IMG/VR virus record: IMGVR_UViG_3300032294_002797
Span: 159,303 to 223,302 of that record
Direction: 5' to 3' (one strand)
DNA length: 64,000 nt
Positions 39,467 through 47,871 of this stretch are shown here, piece after piece (positions within the stretch are counted from its first letter, which is position 1; each line of letters begins with the position of its first letter). The translations under genes were made by a program, and so were the position numbers. The notes below the pieces were generated by a model. That model saw only the letters and a list, made by a program, of their open reading frames with translations. It ran no database searches and was not told the origin of the DNA.

Positions 39467-39668
39467 TTCTCATTTTGTCTGCAAGAGTTACTTCGATTTC
39501 ATTAGGAGCAAAAGATTGGGTTGAATATGAACGACTATTCCACCAACCACACTCATACGTAACATTATTATCACCATGAATAGTGATACTAATAATTGTA
39601 CCAAAAACATCTTCTGTTAACTTAACTCTACTTCCGATCTTATATAGCTCTAGAACATTTTTGCTCAT
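39453..39668 (-). CDS. small SH3/KOW-like protein
   Basis: YKIGSRVKL..YECGWW; AAGGA RBS. Confidence 0.6.
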   Translation of the reverse strand: MSKNVLELYKIGSRVKLTEDVFGTIISITIHGDNNVTYECGWWNSRSYSTQSFAPNEIEVTLADKMRIGFA

Positions 39669-39715
39669 TATTTATTCCTTATTATAATACTACTTATTAT
39701 CTAATTACAAATTAA

Positions 39716-39989
39716 TAGGGGCTATCGGATTCGAACCGATACTGTACGGATTTTCTTACTACTATAACTTTCGTTACCATTTCTGTTTGTAGTCTGGACT
39801 TTACCTTAACCATAGTTTTCACTTTAGGTTCCTGCCGTCAAGTCTCTACACCTTCATATTTCTATGCTTGGCTCGGTATTGCCATTTTACAGGTTTCACC
39901 GAATTTGACAAGTTCTACTTTAAAGATTTCTCTCTAAGCACTCCAATTTAACTAAAAGTCCGATGACTCTGCCGTTGGTCTAAGCCCCC
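39716..39989 (-). tRNA. tRNA-Leu(UAA), short variable loop, intron-split (exons 39989-39956 and 39754-39716)
   Basis: Spliced 73-mer folds: GGGGGCT/AGCCCCT acceptor, anticodon loop CT-TAA-AA, ATCGG-TTCGAAT-CCGAT T-arm; no encoded CCA. Confidence 0.9.
39755..39955 (-). mobile_element. group I intron (IC3-like), 201 nt, no ORF
   Basis: P AAATTCGGTGAAA, Q AATACCGAGC, R GTAGAGACTTGACGG, S AAGGTAAAGTCC, terminal G; P1 ACTT/GAGT with U.G at the splice site. Confidence 0.9.
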
Positions 39990-40074
39990 ATAATAACCCT
40001 GACTACACAAACCACTGATTTGAGGTTGACTAATGTTGTGCCTCTATCATATCTGTGTAGCCAGAGTTTATTAT
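39990..40074 (-). ncRNA. long rod-like hairpin, candidate ncRNA
   Basis: ATAATAA/TTATTAT plus CTCTGGCTACACAGAT/GTTTGTGTAGTCAGGG with several G.U pairs; inner GAGG/CCTC. Confidence 0.5.
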
Positions 40075-40093
40075 AAGTTGAAATTTACAAAAA

Positions 40094-40375
40094 TCAACCG
40101 TTGCTGTGAGCCTTGAGGCGACGAACAATGTCGGCCATAGCCTCAACATTATCAACCGTCTTAATGGGCTTCGCACGTTCCATAGTGGGCAGTTCAATAC
40201 CCTTCTTAGAAAGAGCGGCCTTGGTACGAGCAAAACGAGCCATCGTACTAGCAACCTTCTGACCAGTCTTTGACGCAATTTCGGCATACGTCTTAGACGA
40301 AAAAACAGCCTCAAGAAACTGCTCGTCACTGCAACGAACTCTTGTCTGCTTATCAACCGTAGTAACTTCAGCCAT
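40094..40375 (-). CDS. small basic HTH-like DNA-binding protein (start probably 40375)
   Basis: SKTYAEIASKTGQKVASTMARF; GGAGG RBS; own promoter. Confidence 0.65.
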   Translation of the reverse strand: MAEVTTVDKQTRVRCSDEQFLEAVFSSKTYAEIASKTGQKVASTMARFARTKAALSKKGIELPTMERAKPIKTVDNVEAMADIVRRLKAHSNG

Positions 40376-40450
40376 AATCAACCTCCAAATCATTTTCCAA
40401 ACTTGTTGAGCAAGTCGATCACGCGACCGAATCCTTGCATCAACTCACCC

Positions 40451-40479
40451 ATTCTACAACACTGTATCGGCACTGTCAA
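40451..40479 (-). promoter_or_regulatory. sigma70-like promoter
   Basis: TTGACA-GTGCCGATACAGTGTTG-TAGAAT. Confidence 0.8.
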
Positions 40480-40523
40480 TAGGCTTCCTTGAAAAATTTT
40501 CCGCACCTGACCAATTTTTAGAG

Positions 40524-41345
40524 TTAGTCAACAAAAATCCCGTCAAACTCAGTTTTTAAAAACTGTCTAATAGGCTCTGCGTCCTTGTGATTTAAAAGAG
40601 CCTGTTGTAACCTATCCTGTTCCTTATTACGAAATTCTGGAACGTCCGCACCAGCACTAAAAGCCCGCTCAGACCGAATCAAATTATACTTGATAAAACC
40701 TTTAAACTGAGTATTAGTTTCCCAAAATACTGGATCATTTTCTTTTACTGCTATTGCTAACGCAGTAGCATATATGCTGAATTCTAATGCTCCAGACACA
40801 GCATTAGTTTTTTCTAATTGTCTATTTCTTTTAAAGTCATCTACAGCACACTCAGCACCAAGTACATAAGAGTTCCATTCGTCTAAAATATATGTAGGAA
40901 CCTCATCCCAATATACTAATTGATCTTCTAAATATAGTTTGTATCTTGATGATCTTAAAACTTCTGGAATATATCTTTGTATATGACGAATTTTTATATT
41001 TGGATCTTCCACAATAACACATTTGCTGTCTAAACAATAAAATCCATTCACAGATTTTTTAAGTAATGGCTTATACTTTTGTCTTAGTTCGTTGTGTATG
41101 CCGTGTGCTGTTTCATGAACATTGGTATATCGGCCGTCTTTATCTCCATGAGGCTGTTGTTTAGAATGACTTAAAACGTCGCTATATATATCGTCCCCAG
41201 ATAAATTTCTATACTTTGGTACAAACAAAAAATCTAAAGATTCATGTTTTGGCTGAACTATTTTTGGTACTATTGCAGTATAATTTTGTCCAAAATATTG
41301 CTGCTGTTGACCAAAAAAGAAAAGTAAGAAAATGGTAGGTAACAT
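40524..41345 (-). CDS. exported HEXXH metallopeptidase-like protein
   Basis: Hydrophobic N-terminus, NVHETAHG, YILDEW. Confidence 0.6.
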   Translation of the reverse strand: MLPTIFLLFFFGQQQQYFGQNYTAIVPKIVQPKHESLDFLFVPKYRNLSGDDIYSDVLSHSKQQPHGDKDGRYTNVHETAHGIHNELRQKYKPLLKKSVNGFYCLDSKCVIVEDPNIKIRHIQRYIPEVLRSSRYKLYLEDQLVYWDEVPTYILDEWNSYVLGAECAVDDFKRNRQLEKTNAVSGALEFSIYATALAIAVKENDPVFWETNTQFKGFIKYNLIRSERAFSAGADVPEFRNKEQDRLQQALLNHKDAEPIRQFLKTEFDGIFVD

Positions 41346-41406
41346 AGCATCACCATAATGTATTCTAAATTGTCCATAATATAGAATACACTATAAGCGT
41401 ATGCTA

Positions 41407-41589
41407 TTATTCTTCGTTTGGTAATATTATTGCTAACAATAAATATGCCCAAAATACCAGACTACCAGAAAAAATAGCACCTAATACAAAGGCTATTCTT
41501 ACTAATGTAACGTCTATGCCGCTCCATTGTGCTATCCCTCCACACACGCCAAAAAGCGATTTATTTTTAGACTTAACTAATTTAGCCAT
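41407..41589 (-). CDS. pspC: PspC-domain membrane protein
   Basis: LFGVCGGIAQWSGIDVTLVRIAFV..AYLLLAIILP. Confidence 0.9.
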   Translation of the reverse strand: MAKLVKSKNKSLFGVCGGIAQWSGIDVTLVRIAFVLGAIFSGSLVFWAYLLLAIILPNEE

Positions 41590-41672
41590 GTTGAAATATC
41601 CATTGGGTTATATCCATTTAACAGTAATGCTTGATATAAGCCTATCACTGGCTCTAACTCATGTATCATAAT

Positions 41673-41942
41673 TTATTCCTTATTGTTAAGAGTAACTTTA
41701 ACTATAATATAGTCTTTTTGTTCTGAGTCAATAAGATCAATTCCAATCACTTTGCCCCTACCCAAAAAGTTATGACCAATATGAACCAAAGGCCCACAAT
41801 CAAAGTCTATATAACTTATAGCATACTCGCTTTCGCCGCCAATTTTTGTATTATCTGAATTGCCTTCAATCAAAAACTGAGTATCACTAATTTGAGTAAA
41901 TGTTAATTGTTTACCACTCTTACATTTGGGTGGACTAGACAC
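41673..41942 (-). CDS. hypothetical protein
   Basis: ORF track. Confidence 0.55.
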   Translation of the reverse strand: MSSPPKCKSGKQLTFTQISDTQFLIEGNSDNTKIGGESEYAISYIDFDCGPLVHIGHNFLGRGKVIGIDLIDSEQKDYIIVKVTLNNKE

Positions 41943-42135
41943 AAATTGCCTCGCTGTCGAGAACTAAATCTGTATTATTTTCTGACGCTAGATTTATAAG
42001 AACGTCTTTGAGTCTATGGTTTTCAGACTCTAATGTATTTATAATACTCTGTGCCTGAGTTAGTGCAAATTGTAGATGTTTTACTTTATTAGCAAGTTCA
42101 TCAGCCACATAACTGTTCATACTTCTTACTACCAT
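41935..42135 (-). CDS. small coiled-coil protein
   Basis: AAGGAGG RBS. Confidence 0.6.
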   Translation of the reverse strand: MVVRSMNSYVADELANKVKHLQFALTQAQSIINTLESENHRLKDVLINLASENNTDLVLDSEAICV

Positions 42136-42184
42136 AGGTAAACCTCCTTGAAAAAAGAAGATTGGCTCACCATAATATACACCA

Positions 42185-42469
42185 CTATGATCGTAGATCT
42201 AAGCCTGATAAAAAAGTTTTAAGATCACTTAGTTGCTTATTATCTAACATTATTTGATCGGCATACGGTTTTTTGTGGAATAAAACCTGCCAACAGTACC
42301 GTAGTCTCTGCCATAATGACATCTTTGATTTATAGGCTACTTGATGTTCATAAATAGCAAAATCAGCCATTTGCATTTCATGATCATATTCTATCATAAG
42401 AATTTCACTACGACAACCACAAGGAATAAAAAGAGTCTTATTTGTTTTTAGATTTGTTGTGCTTCCCAT
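42185..42469 (-). CDS. hypothetical protein (CxC motif)
   Basis: CGCRSE..SLWQRLR. Confidence 0.6.
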   Translation of the reverse strand: MGSTTNLKTNKTLFIPCGCRSEILMIEYDHEMQMADFAIYEHQVAYKSKMSLWQRLRYCWQVLFHKKPYADQIMLDNKQLSDLKTFLSGLDLRS

Positions 42470-42566
42470 CTTTTTCTTTCTTAAAGATTCTTTCGTAGTT
42501 TTTATCCCAGGTTTCCTGAGAAATCAATCGCGGTCTTTTTTTAGAACCTTTACCGTTTTGACTCAT

Positions 42567-43265
42567 TTAATTCTCCAGAACAAAACTCCAGTACCGACTA
42601 TCTTCTTTCTTTTGAAGATCATCCCAATAAATCGAGCGGGCGATATAGGATGGAACCTTGAGTTTACCACAATTAATCATCCAATGACGCTCCATCTTCT
42701 TATAAATCGATGATCCCAACTTACTTTTATTATACTTTAGAGACTCAACATCGTAAAGTCGAAGTTGATGTATATCTCCACACAATACTCTAGCCTCATT
42801 AGGATGAATCATCTCTAGAGCAAAACTAATCTTTGCCAAACCAATACCCCTAATTTTATTCAAGATACTGTCTCGTTTCTTGACATGATACTTTTTAGTA
42901 GTAAAATAAAAGTCTTTAGGATTAGTCCAAAACTTGGTACTAAAATCCCAAATATAATTAGTGCGATTATTATGCAGTCCTACGCCGCTCTTGTGGAGTT
43001 TTGTCAAAAGAATTTCTTTGTTATCCACCCACTCGCTAAAATTCTTTATAGCATTATATCCTTTAACATTACCCTGCCAAGTGGTATGGACGCTGCAAAA
43101 AGAAAAGAGATAGCGACGGAAAATATCTTCGTCAGTCTTGGGGCGAACAGTTTCCCAATAGTCTTTATAGGCAACCACCTTATCCTTTGGGAAGTTCTTA
43201 AAGAACTCGTCAGCCTTGCTCGTACTCATAACAACGGGTTTTTTCTCAACAACAATCTCTGTCAT
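42567..43265 (-). CDS. HhH-superfamily DNA glycosylase/lyase-like protein (start probably 43265)
   Basis: IRGIGLAKISF (HhH with Lys), CGDIH; the upstream extension overlaps a promoter. Confidence 0.7.
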   Translation of the reverse strand: MTEIVVEKKPVVMSTSKADEFFKNFPKDKVVAYKDYWETVRPKTDEDIFRRYLFSFCSVHTTWQGNVKGYNAIKNFSEWVDNKEILLTKLHKSGVGLHNNRTNYIWDFSTKFWTNPKDFYFTTKKYHVKKRDSILNKIRGIGLAKISFALEMIHPNEARVLCGDIHQLRLYDVESLKYNKSKLGSSIYKKMERHWMINCGKLKVPSYIARSIYWDDLQKKEDSRYWSFVLEN

Positions 43266-43302
43266 ATTGTCCTCAAAGGTTAGTTCCAAAGTGTATGCTG
43301 CT

Positions 43303-43331
43303 ATTCTACACTTATCGTATCGTCTTGTCAA
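43303..43331 (-). promoter_or_regulatory. sigma70-like promoter
   Basis: TTGACA-AGACGATACGATAAGTG-TAGAAT. Confidence 0.8.
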
Positions 43332-43403
43332 GACCCGTTTCTTTAGGTTTTGTAGCCAACTGGTGTATAAAAGTGTAAGGTTTCATATTACGAGGATTGA
43401 TCT

Positions 43404-44042
43404 ATGAAAAAACAATGTGCTAAATGTCTAAAAAAATTTCCCGCTACAAATGAATACTTTTATAAAGATAAAAGAGCATCGTCTGGCTGTTGTTCTAGAT
43501 GTAAAAGATGTCATAATAAACAAAGAAAAGAATATTTAATGAATCAAGATAACTCTAATAAGCATAAAGAAAGATGCAAAAAATATTATCGCGCACATAA
43601 AAATAAAATAGCAGAATATTATAAAGATAATAGAGATCAAATACTAAAAAGAAAAAAAGAATACAGACATAAAAATAAAAAGAAAATTGCTGAATATAAA
43701 TATTGGTATCATAAAAATAGGTATAAAAATGATTTACAGTATAGGCTATTGCATAACTGTGGAAATCATATAAGAAAATATCTAAAACAAAATAAAAACG
43801 ATAAACGGTCAACAGAATTGTTGGGATGTTCTACACTAGAATTGAAGGCATATCTAGAAAAACAATTTGATAATAAAATGTCATGGAAAAATTATGGTAC
43901 TTATTGGCATATCGACCATATCATTCCATGTTCTAGTTTTGACTTTACCGATCCCATACAACAACAACAGTGTTTTCATTATACAAATTTACAGCCATTA
44001 GAGGCAAAAGCAAATATTAAAAAAGGAAATAAAATACTTTAG
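43404..44042 (+). CDS. free-standing HNH homing endonuclease-like protein
   Basis: CxxC/CxxC N-terminus, WHIDHIIP..HYTNLQPL...N. Confidence 0.85.
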   Translation: MKKQCAKCLKKFPATNEYFYKDKRASSGCCSRCKRCHNKQRKEYLMNQDNSNKHKERCKKYYRAHKNKIAEYYKDNRDQILKRKKEYRHKNKKKIAEYKYWYHKNRYKNDLQYRLLHNCGNHIRKYLKQNKNDKRSTELLGCSTLELKAYLEKQFDNKMSWKNYGTYWHIDHIIPCSSFDFTDPIQQQQCFHYTNLQPLEAKANIKKGNKIL

Positions 44043-45352
44043 ATATCTCTGTTATCTCCATATATGTATGCCAGTGTGGGAAATCTTAGGGATGTTGTTC
44101 CGTCTTGGTTCTTCGTTTCTTCAAAATAGTTAACTCGAATAATTTTACCCAAAATATCTTGTGGATTTTCATAAAAGTACTGTCTTTGTTCAATATTAAA
44201 TCCGCTTCCTACCCTCACCTTATATCCTTTATGTTCGATAGTTACACATGACAGCATCTCTTCCTCACACTCTGCACCATCTTTAACATATCGAAATGGC
44301 CCCATCTCAACTTCAAGTACAGAATATTCTGCGTCTTGAAATTCCTTAAACTTTAGCAAATCTTTGCTTCTTTTTCCCTTATAAGGCTCATCTGCTCGTA
44401 GCATAAGTCCTTCATACCCATAGTCTTTGCTCTTTTTAATCCACTCTTGAAAATGATCGTCATCTTTAATCAATTCTTGACCAAGAACACTAAGACAAAC
44501 ACAAGAATTATTCTTCATAACTTCTCGTAGATTATTATAGCGATGGGTATAAGTTTTATTTTTATCACCCTTCTTGCTATAAAATTCGTCATGAGAGATC
44601 ATATCAAAAATTTTGTAAGAAGGATTAGGAATGGTATGATCCTTCTTTTTAAGTTGCTTCATGATTCCTTGGAAATCTTCATTACCATCATCATCAACCA
44701 AACAAAGTTCGCCATCAAATACTACATTAGATACGCCAAGAGCCTTAATACCACCGCGAACAATATCCAAAGTATCAAATTCTTTTCCCGTGCGGGAATA
44801 AAAAGTAGCGTACCCATTACTATCAACAATAGCGATACATCTAGCACCGTCAATTTTACGGCTAACATACCATTCATCCTTCCAGTCTACAAGTTTAGGC
44901 TCGTATTTATCTGCCAAGGCAACGCTAAACTCTGGAATATGGTCAGGAATAGCCTTGTTGATAATCTTATCACCAGCACGGGTTTTCAAATCCTTGTCAA
45001 TAATACAATGGATAAGTTCCTCGTATTCAGAATAGTGTTCAATAAAACTATTAACAGCAGATATAGCATCATGCCCGGTAATCTGTCTGCTTTTAAGAGC
45101 ATCAAGAAGATCAAAGAAGTTTTTATATTCATTCTTTCTGGCTACAAGATGATTCTTCTTCTTGAGATTGTCGCTAGTGACATTGTATTGCCACAACGGA
45201 TGATAGGTATACAACAGAATATTCTTCGTAAAACTAGCAGCGGCACTACTATGATTACAATAGTCCTCAATAATGCCCTGCTTATCAATAGTGCTGCTGG
45301 TGGCTCTAAGATCACGAACCATTCCCCAAACATAATCAAAATCGTGAATCAT
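44039..45352 (-). CDS. lig: ATP-dependent DNA ligase
   Basis: KIDGAR, SRTG, FDGE, FD, EGLMLR, LLKFK, VGSGF, SLRFP. Confidence 0.95.
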   Translation of the reverse strand: MIHDFDYVWGMVRDLRATSSTIDKQGIIEDYCNHSSAAASFTKNILLYTYHPLWQYNVTSDNLKKKNHLVARKNEYKNFFDLLDALKSRQITGHDAISAVNSFIEHYSEYEELIHCIIDKDLKTRAGDKIINKAIPDHIPEFSVALADKYEPKLVDWKDEWYVSRKIDGARCIAIVDSNGYATFYSRTGKEFDTLDIVRGGIKALGVSNVVFDGELCLVDDDGNEDFQGIMKQLKKKDHTIPNPSYKIFDMISHDEFYSKKGDKNKTYTHRYNNLREVMKNNSCVCLSVLGQELIKDDDHFQEWIKKSKDYGYEGLMLRADEPYKGKRSKDLLKFKEFQDAEYSVLEVEMGPFRYVKDGAECEEEMLSCVTIEHKGYKVRVGSGFNIEQRQYFYENPQDILGKIIRVNYFEETKNQDGTTSLRFPTLAYIYGDNRDI

Positions 45353-45376
45353 CTTTTTTCTCCGGTGTGTCCTACC

Positions 45377-45405
45377 ATTCTACACTACACAGTCGCCTTT
45401 GTCAA
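45377..45405 (-). promoter_or_regulatory. sigma70-like promoter (ligase)
   Basis: TTGACA-N17-TAGAAT. Confidence 0.75.
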
Positions 45406-45668
45406 GTATCGTCAATTCGTGATCGTTTCTTGAATACAGAAGCCAGCATTTTGACCAGATCGCTACCAGCGGTTTGATAAAAACATGGGAATATTGCATG
45501 AATTAATAGATATATAGATGCAAGAAAACATAAGCCACTATATAAAAGAGCAAAAAACATATGCTCAAAATAACTCATGCTATTTTCAGTTAAATGTTTA
45601 ATCCATAAGTTCTTAAATTTAGTTAGCATTTTTTCTATTTCTTGACTTGACAAAATAATTAAACGCAT
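45402..45668 (-). CDS. small membrane protein (H..SYFEH..HAIFP family)
   Basis: HLTENSMSYFEHM..IHAIFP...TAGS. Confidence 0.65.
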   Translation of the reverse strand: MRLIILSSQEIEKMLTKFKNLWIKHLTENSMSYFEHMFFALLYSGLCFLASIYLLIHAIFPCFYQTAGSDLVKMLASVFKKRSRIDDT

Positions 45669-45972
45669 TAACTATGCCCTGTAAATTATCTCCCAATTTT
45701 CCTATACCAGTATTACACTTAGTACAGAGCCATCCTCTAAAAGTATCATCAGAATGATCGTGGTCTAATGCCCATTGTATAGGGATTTTACCACAGCACT
45801 CACAAACTTCTGGTCTTGGAGGGGCTATTTTATGCAGACCACTTCTGATCTTAGAATGTTTCTTGACACATTTTTTACATCGTGTATCAAGATTATCTTT
45901 ATACATACTGTGCTTAGGGAAACTCCCCTTGTTTTTTCTTTTTCCACAGTAACTACAAATTTTTCTATTCAT
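45619..45972 (-). CDS. endonuclease VII-like protein
   Basis: CECCG, LDHDH, RGWLCTKCNTGIG. Confidence 0.85.
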   Translation of the reverse strand: MNRKICSYCGKRKNKGSFPKHSMYKDNLDTRCKKCVKKHSKIRSGLHKIAPPRPEVCECCGKIPIQWALDHDHSDDTFRGWLCTKCNTGIGKLGDNLQGIVNAFNYFVKSRNRKNAN

Positions 45973-45979
45973 AATATAA

Positions 45980-46335
45980 TGGAGGCGGCGGGGTACTGCC
46001 CCCCGCGTCTTGTTATATTGTCCACAATATTTTCTACAAGTTTATTTTGTTCATAAATTTTAAACAAGATTAAAGAGCAAACAACATTCATCTTGTCGTA
46101 CCAACTAGTCTCAGGCTAGAACCCGTTGGCTATTCTAGCAGCCGAAGGATTTTACGACAATCTTTTGAACGCTACCTTCATCGCTTTCTAAGATTGTTAC
46201 TGCTTTTTATTAAGCAGCAAGGGCTAACTGAGTATTGCCAGTTAAAGCACTTGATATGATGATTAAAGAGGCCAACATATCATCCTCTACTTGCTTATAT
46301 GGTTTCTAATATTCAATCGATTCTAATTCGCCCCC
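45980..46335 (-). ncRNA. ssrA: tmRNA; tag (A)GNTQLALAA at 46239-46210
   Basis: GGGGGCG/CGCCTCC-A acceptor with G3.U70; TTAACT upstream of the resume codon; tag ends LAA-stop; 356 nt. Confidence 0.92.
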
Positions 46336-46353
46336 CATTCTTTTAGAATACAC

Positions 46354-46602
46354 CTATTCGTACTTTGTATTTTCTAATCTTTTAATTTCTTCTACTATTC
46401 TCTGGTATTCTAAAGGAGTAACCCATCTATTACGTTGAATACTACTCTCTAGTCTTTGCACTGACTGACTCAGATGCCAATTATATCCCAAAGAAACTAA
46501 AAGGCAACCGGCCAAAATTACAAAAAATGTTAGTTCTTTCTTTCTGTGTATCATACTTTTCCTTTTGATAGTAAGGTTAAATATTCTTCTGTACTCAACC
46601 AA
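46354..46602 (-). CDS. small TM/coiled-coil protein
   Basis: Hydrophobic helix. Confidence 0.5.
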   Translation of the reverse strand: MVEYRRIFNLTIKRKSMIHRKKELTFFVILAGCLLVSLGYNWHLSQSVQRLESSIQRNRWVTPLEYQRIVEEIKRLENTKYE

Positions 46603-46765
46603 ATGTCATCATACAAAACATCTCCACCGGCAAATATAGGATACCATATTTTTTTGCGTCCTCTATACGCCCATGCAAATTTAATCGGCTTACCGCTGAT
46701 ATAACAATGTCGTTTTAAAAAACTAAAACGATGACTCCAAGCCCTATGTTTTAGAATTTTATCAA

Positions 46766-47110
46766 TCATTGTTTTGAACTTGTTTCGTTATACCAGAAAA
46801 CCATACAATTTTGTTCATCGTCCCAAGCACACTGAATTTTATCTTCTGCTGCCAATTTAGATAGTCCGGAATTAATTATCCAGTTGGTTACTTCATCAAA
46901 AATAGTATTGTACTGATCCTCATCCATTATAATATTGTTTTCCTCGTCTTTGTCAGTATTCTCCAATATAACACTCTCTACTTGAGAGATACTCACAAAA
47001 GTATCCAAATCTTCATTTTCTGTATCCCCAACACTCATAGCGGCATTTTTACGAATACTAGACGCCAAATGAGTTAGATCGTTCACAACATATCTGTCGT
47101 TCTCGTTCAT
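46766..47110 (-). CDS. hypothetical protein (paralog of 31652..32077)
   Basis: LSKLAAEDKIQCAWDDEQNCMVFW. Confidence 0.65.
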   Translation of the reverse strand: MNENDRYVVNDLTHLASSIRKNAAMSVGDTENEDLDTFVSISQVESVILENTDKDEENNIIMDEDQYNTIFDEVTNWIINSGLSKLAAEDKIQCAWDDEQNCMVFWYNETSSKQ

Positions 47111-47385
47111 ATATACTTTTTCAACCCCTTATCTACGGATTCGCCATTTTTATCTAAAAGCCTAACGATAGTATGTTGCATAGTCTGTTCGCCTCTAGGC
47201 AACCATCTATCGTCTACATATAATGCTGTGGTAATTTGAGGGATATAGTGTTGATAGGCTACTTCAAATTCTTCTGGGAAATATACTTTAAGTATACGTT
47301 CTATATGAAATAGACTATCAGTTATTTGATCTCTATACTCAATGAGTTCGTTTAATTGATGTTTTTGTTCGTTAGTAAAAGTCAC
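47107..47385 (-). CDS. hypothetical protein
   Basis: Overlap-coupled ORF. Confidence 0.6.
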   Translation of the reverse strand: MTFTNEQKHQLNELIEYRDQITDSLFHIERILKVYFPEEFEVAYQHYIPQITTALYVDDRWLPRGEQTMQHTIVRLLDKNGESVDKGLKKYI

Positions 47386-47795
47386 GACACAACTTCCCTT
47401 GGTTTAAGTTTCAACAGTTTATGGGCCGTTTTCCAAACGCCAGTTTCCTTATTCTGTATATCTCCATTCATATAAATATGACAGAAACCAGTGTGCTTAT
47501 CAATACCATAAGCACGAATACCATGTTCATCAAGACTTTCAACAATGAATCGACCTCTATATCCCATAGGAATAAATTCGCCGCGAGAAACATAGTACGG
47601 GCCACCGGCAACCTTAATTCTGTCACCCTTGACCAGTTCACGCCAATTAAAGTCACGCACAATCTTTGTATTCTTTGCTTCCTTACTCTTAGCCTTAAAT
47701 ACGAAAGGAGTATTGCAGTTCTTGCAAAAATAGGCACGGGGGCCGGTTATTGTTCCGCACTTAGGACAAGCCTTTTTACCTTTTCCAATACCCAT
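47382..47795 (-). CDS. zinc-ribbon protein
   Basis: CPKCG...CKNC; first gene after a promoter. Confidence 0.7.
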   Translation of the reverse strand: MGIGKGKKACPKCGTITGPRAYFCKNCNTPFVFKAKSKEAKNTKIVRDFNWRELVKGDRIKVAGGPYYVSRGEFIPMGYRGRFIVESLDEHGIRAYGIDKHTGFCHIYMNGDIQNKETGVWKTAHKLLKLKPREVVS

Positions 47796-47833
47796 AATCT
47801 AATCTCCTGTGATTGAGTAACTGATATGCTCTA

Positions 47834-47861
47834 AGTATAGCATACTAATCGGCGTTGTCAA
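47834..47861 (-). promoter_or_regulatory. sigma70-like promoter
   Basis: TTGACA-ACGCCGATTAGTATGC-TATACT. Confidence 0.75.
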
Positions 47862-47871
47862 GCAGTGTTCT

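Noticed and set aside
40030-40356. 108-aa alternative-frame ORF spanning the hairpin
   Set aside because: Overlaps the better-supported HTH gene with a GGAGG RBS; composition not protein-like
44543-45433. 296-aa plus-strand ORF
   Set aside because: Antisense to the DNA ligase, no motifs; codon-bias shadow
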